From positions 248,001 to 312,000 of the forward strand of contig JAQGDQ010000079.1 in assembly GCA_030141605.1 (NCBI GenBank): DNA of 64,000 bases, read 5' to 3'. The notes beneath the pieces were generated by a model that saw only the letters and a program-made list of their open reading frames with translations, was not told the origin of the DNA and did not search any database. Shown one piece after another: positions 51,803-63,300 of this stretch. The position numbers and the translations under genes were made by a program. The first letter of the stretch is position 1, and every line of letters starts with the position of its first letter. This DNA comes from Tubiluchus corallicola (Eukaryota; Animalia; Priapulida).

Positions 51803-53233
51803 GTCTAATGAGTTAAAAAATTGGAAACTTCTTCATGCTTCATAAGACGGACAGGCCCATGGCGTTGAGTAGTAATGTTGTATTAAGCTAATGAGCTTTA
51901 AGGGATCTTTGGTATCTGGTATCCAAGTACATTTTGTGACTTAAATAGCTAACGAGCAGGCATACTACTTGAGGCAGAGAATTGAGTACCACTTGACCGC
52001 AAGTTTCCAGTATCTTGATAACAGTTATATGTTTCGTATTTTTATTTATTTTTGTTTTTATCTTAATTCAGTATTAATAGTATAATATTACACATATTTA
52101 CGACACATATATAAAAATTATTGATAAAACAGATTTAAAATTACTAACTGAAATACATAGTACAAATATATATGTTGACTTAAAAATTTACAACTTAAAA
52201 TGGTCATATAATATATTTTGCTAATTTAAAAATCAGTAACTCAAATAACACACCAGCGTTTACACAACCGCTAATTAGAATATCATTTTTACTTCCAAGT
52301 ATACGATTTCTTGAGCTATAGCAGCTCTTCCTCATTAAACTTAAGTGCACATACATAATACATTCTTTTACCTAATTCGTGATATTTAAAAAAATTAACA
52401 GCAACATTGTACGCGGATCCAAGTTGGTGTCTCGGATCAAATCAACATTATGCCAGGTGCGGGTAGCTAATAGGTAAATTTAAATTTCTGTAATTAAATA
52501 ATTTCTGTGTTGTAATGTGCAATTCGTTACACACAATTTGACAGAGATACATGGTATGGCAAGAGAAACCGCAGCAGTGTGAACGTATCTTAACCATACT
52601 CGCATCTGTATCTAATTTTTTTCGTACACGCGTTTTTGTGCTGTGTTAAGTGTTACAGGTATGGATTGTTCATCGTTTTTGCAGAAACAAAAGCGCCATA
52701 TTTTACAGGTGTGAACAGTGTCGGTGCATTAACATGTCAAAATCGTGACGATCGTGCGCTATATTCTGCTGTAAAAGTTATCCGCAGAAAGCAAACACAT
52801 TACCGTTGACGTTTTTGTGCGTTTGTTTGCTCAAACCGTTTCACTATACTGCATGTCGCGAGATAAAAGTTAAAACAAAATGCGTAGAAACTTAACAGGA
52901 AACGAGATTTACGTGTTTTTGTAGCGGCGTTAAAACTTTGTTAATTTCATTAACAAACGCTAGTTAGCAATGTTACAGCAACTTGAGAAAATGTAGTGTG
53001 AATTCGCATCGACAAAGAAAAATTAATTTAAAAAACTATTGTTCAGTGGTATTTTGCTGTTATTGTTGCGTTCCGACTCTGTTGCCTGAACTAGTACTTT
53101 ATTGAAGTTTATGTCTCTGTTTGTTTTTCTGTATGCGTCGGGCATGCTACGTTTGGAGCATTTAAAAATGCACGCGATTTTACGACATTAGCTCACTAAA
53201 TGAAACGAATAAACGTGTATTGCATTTACACTC

Positions 53234-53261
53234 ATGAGCTTTTATCGTTTTTCGCAATCGG
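53234..53261 (+). CDS. OSBPL8: OSBPL8 candidate internal first exon 1d (MSFYRFSQS)
   Basis: ATG AGC TTT TAT CGT TTT TCG CAA TCG G|gtgagt, phase 1, in frame with exon 55811; at the end of a very CpG-dense stretch (52560-53260). Confidence 0.55.
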
Positions 53262-55810
53262 GTGAGTTCTGCTGAGACAGTCTTATCAAAGATACTCTCG
53301 CGAAGACGAAGACGATGTCTTTTCGGTACACAGCGGGATGCTAGCGCGTTAATTATTAATTTATCCTGGGTGATATCTTATTTCCGCAGAAGCATTTCTG
53401 GAGTGTTGGCAATAATGGTTTTATCTAGCAGTCAGTGCCTGTGTCTTGAGTAGTGAACAGATTTGACGTAAACCACTTTAAGATCGTAAGCGTATCAGCG
53501 TTAAAGGAATAGATACTTTTTGGGGTATTTAGACTGCTAGTTCATGAAATCAGCACCAGGCCTAGAGTTATTCTGTGAGAGTGTCTGCTTCATGCTCCTC
53601 ATTCCCCTTGATGGAAGGTGTCTTGATGGAGACAAAATAGGCCAACTGATAGCTGAACACTTTCAAATATAGAGCAGCTTGGTTTTGTATTTAGGAATAC
53701 TGGTTCTGGATTGTGTTATAGTTGTAGGGCAGTTATTTGGATACTTATTGGTTTCTTAGAATGTGCACATTTCATAAATTGTATAGATAGTTGTAAGTTG
53801 ATACATTGTAAGTTGCTATTCAAAATGGTTTCACGTGCAAGAGTACTTGTATAATAATAACCAGGTTCCCGTCTGTTTGTGTCAACTGACGTTGCAAATG
53901 ACCTAAGTTCTTTTACTTGGGATGCCATTGTACGTAATTCCTGCAGTCTTACAGCCATTGTCATTAAGTCTCATGTCGGATGTGAAAGCTTTGCCAGTAA
54001 GCTTTGCTTGATTTTGTGAGTTTCCTTAGTTATATTTACTATCCCCCTATTTCAATAACTGTTATTCACTTGGGAGTTTACAGTGTATAACTCTTTTAGC
54101 ATTCTAGTGTTGCTTTTTGTCTGCAGGTCGCTCTTACTTTTGAAAACTATTTTCAACCTTACATGAACAGCTGATTGATTTCGCCACACAGCACTATAAC
54201 CGTGGCTATATCATCTCGTGCTAAGCGTCTTTCGAGACTTTTTTGATTACAAATGCGTGCGTCTTTGTCGAAGCTGATATTGGTTTTACTCAGTGTATGA
54301 GCTTGTGTTGTTAAATATTCGGCCAACAGACGCTTTCTTTTCTGGTACTACGATTAACTATACGGGTTGCAGTCATTCCTTTTGCAACCTTTTCCAAATG
54401 ACCACAGCTTTTAAAGTAGCTTGTGTAAATTGTGTTTTATTGTTGTGCATCTACAGGAACTGTACTAACTGTCAGTGCTTGGGATACACGTGAGATGTGT
54501 TTGTAAATGTACGAAGACTATGTTTAGTATTATCGACGCTAACGTATAGAAACCGTGTTTGTACAGGCACTGCTTAGTAAAAAAATCTACGTGCATAGAA
54601 GCTGCGTTTGGTATTTATCTTCGCTTCTGTGGTTGCCGTCGAATGGCTTTAGAGACTGTTTCATATTGGTAATGTAAAGGATTACCTTGCTAATGTACAG
54701 GAAATATTGTCACTGTGCCTGTCACGTATAGCAGATGTATGGGAACCCCATGAATTTGGCGTTGACTGTTTTGCATTACTACTGTACAGTGTACAGGAAT
54801 TTTGCTTGATATTGTGCATGTATTACAAAGTACAACTATTGTTTTATATATATATATGTTGAACGATATATATATATATATATTTTATATATGTTGAACT
54901 TTTGAAGTGAATGTGATCCAATAGAATTATGTAAGAGAATGCAGGGTAGACACGACTTTCTCTTCCGCCCCAAAGCTCCAGTCCTCCGCACAGTTTCCGC
55001 ACTGGATGGAAAGAGTCTTCGCGCTTTATATCCAAAATCTAGACATGGTAATTAAAACATTTTAGGCGCCTACATATAACTTATACAAGTTATTTTGCTA
55101 GAAATAGACTCAATCACTGTGCAATGTACACGGAAATGTTTATGTCTAATTTGTGTATATTGTTAGTTACAATGAGTTTGCAAAACAAACTAAACTAAAT
55201 GGAAATTGCTATAAAACGCAGTTAATTTAATTTCAATTCAAAATTACTTTTACACATCAAACAAACTGCATGGTAAATAAATGACCAAATAAACAAATAA
55301 ATGGTAAACAAATTTTATAATTTAACATCAAACGTGTAAAAAGCCATGGAATTATTTCCATGAGTTAAATAAATTCAAATGAACAGCCGCACATATATTT
55401 TTTTAAAAAAAATCTGGTGCTTGCTCAAAACACTAACTCAGAAAGTGTATTTGACAATATGAACCAAGTCTAGGTAACACCTGTAGGTAACTACCTTTAC
55501 CACAAGTAGTACTTATCATGGATGTATGTTTACTCTTTTGCATCAAGAAACTTAATTAAATGATTGGGCAAATATGTAGCAAAAATAATTTATCGGCAAG
55601 AAAAGATTTGCTTTTTATTTGCGCAAACTTTATCCGCTGCTATTTCAATAAGTTATCAGTTTCAGAAACATTACCTTATCATGAGTAATGTTGCAAACAA
55701 AATTTCCTAGCGATTTTTGGAAATTCCATCTTTTTATGGTTTCCCTGTATGGATTTTGTCTAGTAATTTAATTAGGAAACATTTCATGTGGCTGATTTGT
55801 ACTTTTTCAG

Positions 55811-55893
55811 CTTCACTGCAGGAAGATGATAAAGGAAAGTCGGATACAGCCTGCAGCCCTGTGGTGTCTCTTTCACAAAGTCATCGAAGTAGA
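55811..55893 (+). CDS. OSBPL8: OSBPL8 common exon (83 nt)
   Basis: Acceptor tactttttcag|, donor AGA|gtaagt; phase 1-0; (A)SLQEDDKGKSDTACSPVVSLSQSHRSR, ending like vertebrate ORP8 SLSMSKSK. Confidence 0.85.
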
Positions 55894-56131
55894 GTAAGTG
55901 CTGTCTTTCTCTTTCTGTCTGTCTGTCTCTCTCTCTCTGTCTCTCTCACTCTCTCTCTCCCCCCTCTCAAACTGTCTGTTAGTTGCTTAACGATATAAGT
56001 TCATTGTGCAATAAAATGTGCATATTGCAATTTTTTATTGAAAAAAAATTGTGTGAACTTAACTACAATACTACAGTCATTTACATCATTGTTTCATGTA
56101 TTTTCTGTTATTTTCATTTTTGCATATTTAG

Positions 56132-56209
56132 TCTGAGGGTAAACTGCACTCTAGTGTGCTACCACAAGACTCAACACCAGACAAAGTCAGCAAAAGAGAG
56201 TCACTTAAG
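56132..56209 (+). CDS. OSBPL8: OSBPL8 exon (78 nt)
   Basis: Acceptor catatttag|, donor AAG|gtttgt; phase 0-0; SEGKLHSSVLPQDSTPDKVSKRESLK, resembling ORP8 SESKL...KLTKKESLK. Confidence 0.9.
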
Positions 56210-57336
56210 GTTTGTAAATCTGATACCTAGCAAGCTTCTATTATTCTTAAATTCCTTAAATTTTTTAACTTTGGGGATTTACCTATTTTTAACATTCTGA
56301 CTTTTTAGGCTTACTTTATACTAAAAGAATAAAGCAGACAAATGAAATAGGTAATTGGCTGATGTTATAATCTAGTCATACAGTGATACCTTGCTGTTTT
56401 CATGCACACAATACTAGCTCAGCTCCTACTTCATTGATGAGACAGGTATCTGATTCTAACCCAATAGTGATTGAAGCCTCTTCTTAGCTTTATTCCGCTT
56501 TTTATTATAGCATGATCTAAAAAACATGCAAAGTCGCTTTTCTTAGAACTGTGAAGAACTAGGCCCATTTCTCCAGAGCCTTCATAAATGCCTATTTTTC
56601 CTATTATAACCATATGAGGTTTAGGTGAAGACCATTACTGTGATTGGATTGCAGCTGCTTGAGTGCTTGCGTCAATGTGGCTGCATGTTAGGCTTGGGAA
56701 TTGTCTATATCAAGCTATTATGTGCTATAACAACATCATATAATACCACTTGAAACTTGGGAATTCAGTATAAGCAAAGCTCTAAGAACATCATTAGTAA
56801 GCATTGCAGCAGTGCTTTTTGTAAACACATGAGTACTTATAATGGAAAGTTTGCATTTATCTTGTACCATTTTCAAGTTAGAAAAATCTGGACCTTCAAT
56901 TTGACATAGAGATACTGCCTGCATTCACACGCAAAATCACCAATGGTTAAAACCTACATGTGCATGTGATAGAGAAAATCATGTCGATCTTGTACCAATT
57001 TCACATTACAGAGCATTCAAAATTTATGACATTGATTTGTGACACCAAAGTTAAATGCAACATAACTGTTGGAAATGCAGTTATAGTTTCCTATGTGCAA
57101 ATAATACAATTCATTTGTCTACTATGCACCTAGGTTTACCTCACTTTTACAAAAGTGATCTTTGATCTCTAGTTTAGTCATCAGTGGGCCAATTGACACC
57201 AAAAATGTAATTATCCCAAAAGAGACTATCATGTAGCTTACCTATAAAACTTCAGTTTTTTAGCCTTCAGCACTGGAGCTAGAGAGCATACATTCAGACA
57301 TGCAGGCCTGATTATGCAATGGGTTTCTCCATTTAA

Positions 57337-57968
57337 GGGGCAACTGTCTAGTCAATGAAAAAGTTGTCATTTTCAAAAACAACAAACAAAACAGAACATC
57401 TAGCATTGAAATATACAAAATTGTTTAAATACAATAAATTGTGTAATTTTGTATTTTGCATATTCATAATATTTACACATACGGCTGTCTCTATTTTGGA
57501 GATTTGGAGCGGCTGTATCCTCTTTTTTGGAGATTTGGAAATGGCCACCCTGAACAGATTTGGAAAGGTTCTGCCTTTCAGAGCCTGATCTTGGCTCACA
57601 GAGTGCTGGGCCGTATAAAAAAGAATACTAAAAATTATTGATCGACGTGAAACAGTTGTGCACTGCACGTTATGAAATTTTAATAATGATATGATAACAG
57701 AGAATTGCGTGCAAAATGTCATTTAATGTCATTACGGGACGTGAAGTTTTATTCGGAACCTTCTGTTATTTACGGTGCTTGCTGATAAATGGATTATTAT
57801 TGCCAGCTTATAAATTCGTAATATCACTGTTGCTTCTGAGTTGTTGAGAGCTGGTTAGGTTGGTATATTGGATAATGTTGTTGAAAGAACTTTAGGCACC
57901 AGTATCTTTGAAAGATTTAAAGTTCTACACATACATTCCAAGGTGATATAATGGTTGACAGTTGATTT
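57337..57968. mobile_element. Possible decayed TTAA-flanked MITE (Kolobok-like)
   Basis: ttaa|ggggcaactgtc ... gacagttgattt|ttaa; only an 8-bp TIR core matches. Confidence 0.25.
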
Positions 57969-59309
57969 TTAAGGACCAACCATGTTAAGTCTAGTAAAGG
58001 TATTTCAAACTGATTATCAAAACAAACAAATTTGTATGTAATGTTAACATACATGATTGAAAATCCAGATTACTTTTTAGTTCACTCGAAAAAGAAATTT
58101 TAGGTGATCTGCACTATCATCTCAGTTATTTTAATTGCCTGAAACAGACTGAAGACCGTGATGCAGTGTATTTGCTTTTTCTTGTCTTAATTTCAAATAA
58201 AATTTTCTGCGGTGCTGGAGAAGCTTGTGCAATCACAATTTAATTCTCCAGGGTTCTACAAAGATAGACAACTTTAAAATTTGCAAAGGCTGCTTCAGCC
58301 TTTCCCTTGTGACACTCCTTGCGACTCCTCGTGACTCTCGCATTATGATTGATGACTGACGAGAAGAATTGTTGGATGTTCTGTTTTGTCAGTATGCCAT
58401 TATATGGCCTTGCTTCAAAGTTTGTTTGTTCATTTGTTGCAATTTCTTTTGTTTCTAGAGACTTCGGTTTCCTGCCTTCTGATAATTTATTGCTTTTTAC
58501 TGTGAAATATCATGTTGAGATAAACATTCTCGTATCTTTTGATTCATTTTTTCCTTTGTTTTACGTAGTAGATAAATGTAAATACATTGTTTTATGTTGT
58601 TACTACTAGGGAAATTTGTTAATTAATGGATAACTTGGTGCAATTGCTGTACGGGACTATCACATTTTTCCTGCAATGGAAAAATTTAGAAACATAGTAC
58701 TGCAGAAGCACGAGCTTTCATTCCGAACACACTTGTATAAACATGCCCATGTTATTTAATTAAATTTCTTCCTGGTGGCAGCTTACATGCAGGCCGTTTT
58801 CATTCTGGATTCTTCCTGTTTTCAAAGTTTGGTTAATTTAATGGTCCAGGGAAAGTCGGTCATAAATGCATGTTCAGTTATAACTAAAAAAATCGATGCC
58901 TACATTCTATCCAGAAGCATTTTAAATGAAAAGCGTGCAACAAAATCCATTTTATTTTAAGTGATCAATAATTACCGAATTACAGTAACATTCTTGGGTT
59001 ACTCGCTTGCATTGCAGTCGTACAAATAGATCGGTTTTACTCTGTCTTGTTTCTTTTGTTTCGGTCTGGTTTCGTTGTTGTTGTTATGCTTTATGCAATA
59101 AGTTTTTACCCAGTTCTTATATAGTGAGTTCATAATAGATCATTGTCGTCAAGCTCTCATTCCATCTGTTGTACATATTGAGGCATTACCATTTGTTACA
59201 GTGTTTCGTCCACTCATGGCCGGCATGTTTATTTTGTTTTTATGCCATATAAGACAACCTACTTTACATATTTACTAAAGAAAATATTACGTTTTGGTTT
59301 ATTATTTAG

Positions 59310-59498
59310 GCACAGAAAAGAAATTACAGGAAAGAAAAGAAAAGAGCCACAGAGGAACTCCTTGGAATCATCAAAGATCCCAGTGTAATAGTTATGGCCG
59401 ATTGGCTCAAAGTGCGGGGCACATTGAAAAGCTGGACCAAGTTTTGGTGTGTTTTAAAGCCCGGCTTGCTGCTTCTTTATAAGAGCAATAAAGTGAAG
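59310..59498 (+). CDS. OSBPL8: OSBPL8 exon (189 nt): polybasic segment and start of the PH domain; gene continues beyond the window
   Basis: Acceptor ttattatttag|, donor AAG|gtaata; phase 0-0; AQKRNYRKEKKRATEELLGIIKDPSVIVMADWLKVRGTLKSWTKFWCVLKPGLLLLYKSNKVK, diagnostic of ORP5/ORP8. Confidence 0.96.
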
Positions 59499-59755
59499 GT
59501 AATACAAATAACAAAGAAAATAAACTGGTAATTTAACGCAAAACAAAATTTTTCCGTCTTATTTGCTTTCAATTAAATTCTTGCTTATAGTGTCTTTTAA
59601 TAAATAGGAAATTTTTTGACATGTTCAATTGTCTGCCATAAAACGTTTTTGTTCAACTTTTCTGCGATAGTTATTGATATTGTCTTGAAAATATTATTCA
59701 CATACATTTTCTTTTTTATCCATTTTTAAATGTTTTTAATGCTTGTTTGCATCTG

Positions 59756-60028
59756 TGTTGTCTTCAGTTTTGCGCGTTCTATAATTCGTCATTGCGGACC
59801 TATGTGGTTGTTTTGAAGTAAATCCCAAAAACTTTTATTTTAAATTCAATATTACAGAACAAATCAAATACGTGGCGATTTCTTCGCTTCCAATGAGTAG
59901 ACTAAAAAACGTGCTCAATTCTGATTGGTTGACCTACTAAATGCATATAACGAAGCCAAGTTTTACAGGCAATTCTAAATAAGTACAACTTTAGATTAAA
60001 GGGCAAGCAGAGAGAAATCTTCCGAACA
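59756..60028 (-). repeat. 3' LTR of the BEL/Pao element (distal end at 59809 or 59756)
   Basis: On the minus strand the PPT AAAGAGGGGGGAAA (60042-60029) is followed by TGTTCGGAAG...; contains CCAAT and AATAAA; ends ...CTTCAAAACA (59809) or ...GAAGACAACA (59756). Confidence 0.75.
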
Positions 60029-60395
60029 TTTCCCCCCTCTTTGATAAGTTTTAACAAAACATATCAACAAAATCTATTAATCTAGTCAAAATCAACAGTG
60101 TAACTAGTTCTACTAAACTACTTAATTTTCCATATAACCATCAATACACATAGCAGTGGAAGCTAAATTTTAAGTTTTGAGTTACAAGTTTCAAGTTATT
60201 CTAACATTCGTAATTAAAATTTTCCATTCTGTGCTACATGACGTTTACGTTTAACTACGAAAAACAAAATTCTTGCAAACTTTAGCAAGCAGTACGAAAA
60301 CGAATAATCGCAAAATCATAGTAATAATTTTCAGTGGTCCAGATCATCTGCAGTATTTGTAGAAACTTCACTTTTGATTGTCGGGTTTCTCTTCC

Positions 60396-63300
60396 TCAAT
60401 GAACTCCAGTGGACAGTTTGGTGATTGGTCGTGTAAGTTCACTATTGCCAATCTTCAGTTTTGCAACTCGAGTGTGCCCGTCGCTACCAGGGTAGACTTC
60501 TAGTATGCGTCCCATAGGCCACTGTCCTCTAGGTGTATTTGGAGATATCACAAGTAAGATGTCGTTTACTTGAATGTCTCTCTGCACACGATTCCATTTA
60601 CTGCGTCTGTTGAGTCCTGGAAGCCACTCTCGCATCCATCTTTTCCAAAAATGACGTATTAATTCTTGGACACGCCTCCAACGCTTTCTAGGATTAAAGT
60701 CTGTGTTATCCACTGATTCGGGCGCGAATTGTCCACCAACTTGCCCAAATAAAAAATGGTTTGGCGTCAAGGGAATGTCATCTTTCTCATCTGCTGTTTG
60801 GTACGTCAATGGTCTCGAATTTAATAGTGCTTCTGCTCCGGTAAATGCTGTCATGAGTTCTTCATCCGTGACGTCAGCGTTTCCGAGAATAGCGAATATG
60901 GCTCGTTTTGCGGCTTTTACCATTATTTCATAGGCTCCTCCAAAATGTGGTGCTAATGGTGGGTTAAAATGCCACTTGATACCTTGGTTTGCAGATGTCC
61001 GTTGAATCTTTTCTTCATCTAATTTCACTAATAGACTTTGTAGTTCATTGTTCGCTCCTACGAAGTTTAAACCGTTGTCAGAAAGCATCTCAGTTGGCAA
61101 ACCTCTGCGATTGACCATGCGATAGAAGGCGTTTAAGAACGAATCAGTGTCAAGGCCAAAGGCTATCTCTAAATGCACTGCCCGCGATGTCATACAAGTG
61201 AAGAGGCAAAGATAGCGTTTCTGTCGACGTTTTCCTCTTCCTTGAACTGTAATAAAAGGTCCAGCAAAATCCACTGCTGTCCTAGCAAAAGCTCGTAAAG
61301 GCAGTTTCACTCTGATCTCTGGAATTGGTGCCATCACTTGCGTTGCAGTTTGAGCTTTCTGCTTACGGCATTTTGCACATTCTTTCTCCAATTTTCTGAT
61401 TTCTTCCCTGCCAGAGATTACCCAATATCGAGCTGACAGTGAAGCAAGAGTCTGATTCACCCCTATTGCATGATGAGCTTTTTCATGATGATGTCCAATT
61501 ATCAACTTGGTTACCCAGTTATTCTTAGGCAGAATGATCGGATGGCGTGCATCGTACGATAAGTATTCTGCGTGAATGAGACGTCCTTCGCTGCGAATAA
61601 CTCCAACCTCGTCTAATCTAGGTTGCAGCTTTAATAAATTGCTATTCTTCGGCAACTGTTGGTTATTCTGGAGTAATTTGTATTCCAGTGAAAAGGCTTC
61701 ACGTTGCATGTTTCGTACAATGCTTATCTCAACGTCTTGCAATTCGTCTGGCTCTAATTCTCCAAACTTCTTGTGCAGTTTTGAATCACGACAGTTTTCT
61801 AGAAAACGATGTACCCATGCTTGTACTCGAATCAGTCGTAACCAACTGGAAAACCGCTCAGGTTTTAGACGCCAATTGTCATCCTGGTTTTGTATTGGTC
61901 CAGTAATGTAAGTTTCAGCAGTTTCACGATTAGATACATGTCTAATTTTTGTTGGCTTTCTAAGTTCTGCGTCATCCACTTGCTGAAATTCTATAATTTT
62001 AGATGGCCATTCTTGCTCGTTCTTGTGAAGAAATTTCGGTCCTCTCCACCATTTTTCATCATTAATAAGTTGATTTGCAGTTTTCCTTCTAGTCACAGCA
62101 TCAGCAGCATTCTCTTTTGATGTGACATGCCGCCATTGATGTGGAAATGTTTGACTCTGAATTTCGCCTATACGATTAGCGATGAACGGTTTCAGTGTGC
62201 GACTTCTACTCCTTATCCACCATAAAACGTTCATACTATCACACCAAAAAATTGCATTTTTTAGTTCCATGTTTAGTGCACCAGCTATGTGGTCCGTAAG
62301 CCTTAGCCCCAGTATTGCAGCCATCATTTCTAGTCGTGGAATACTAATTGCAATCAGAGGGGCTACACGAGACTTTGCTGCGATGAGTCGACACGATATA
62401 GTTCCATCAGGATAGGTACAACGTAGATAGCTAACTGCTGCATAGGCTTCTTGCGATGCATCTACGAATGTGTGCAGTGTGCATGAATCTGTACCCCCCT
62501 CCGTGACCAAACATCTCGGAATATGAATTTCTGGCATCTCGATCAATTCTGTAAACCACATTTTGGCTTTCCATTGCAAGTTTTCGTCAAGCTCGTCGTC
62601 CCATCCTAAACCGGCTGTCCACATTTCCTGCATGATAATTTTCCCTCGAACGAGAAATGCTGCCAGAAATCCCAATGGATCAAATATTGTAGCGAACTTC
62701 CTCAGTATATTACGCTTGGTAAATAAGAAATTGTCGATGTCCATGGATTTTGGTTTGAAGGTGAAAACATCTTCCTTTGCCAGCCACAGTACTCCAAGTG
62801 TTTTTATACTCGGAAGAAGTCCTTCATCTAAGTTAATTTCTGATGCTCTCTCCTCTTGTGGTATCTCGGCTAACACTACAGGTGAATTTGATAACCATTT
62901 ACGAGCTCGCATGCCAGCCTTTTCCCAAAGACCGGACAACTGACTGTAGAGCTCTATGCCTTGTTCATCGTCGATGGCTGAATCCATGCTATCGTCCATA
63001 TACGTCGAGTAGAGTATGGTTTCTGTAGCCATTGGATACTGCAATTGAAATTTTTCTGCATGCTTCCGCGTCACAAATTGTGCAAGAAATGGTGATGCAT
63101 TTACCCCAAAAACGACCCTTTCGAATTCATATTGGTCAGGCTGTCTGTTTTCGAAATTCCTCCAGAGAAATCTATGGTAAACCCTGTCCTCAGGAACAAT
63201 TTTAATCATCAAGTACATCTCTGCAATGTCCGATACCAATGCTACAGGATTTTTACGAAAACGAAGCAAGACATCGAATAAGTCTCTCTGCAGCTTTGGT

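Noticed and set aside
38729-55893. Resemblance of SLQEDDK to ARPP21/R3HDM proteins
   Set aside because: Downstream in-frame exons at 56132 and 59310 are clearly ORP5/8.
58252-58359. Acceptor-led open frame GSTKIDNFKICKGCF...
   Set aside because: Runs into a stop without a good donor and would interrupt the conserved ESLK|AQKRNY junction.
59294-59482. 63-aa ORF from the track (MVYYLGTEKK...), and likewise 55983-56300
   Set aside because: Wrong frame; the real exons are 59310-59498 and 56132-56209 in other frames.
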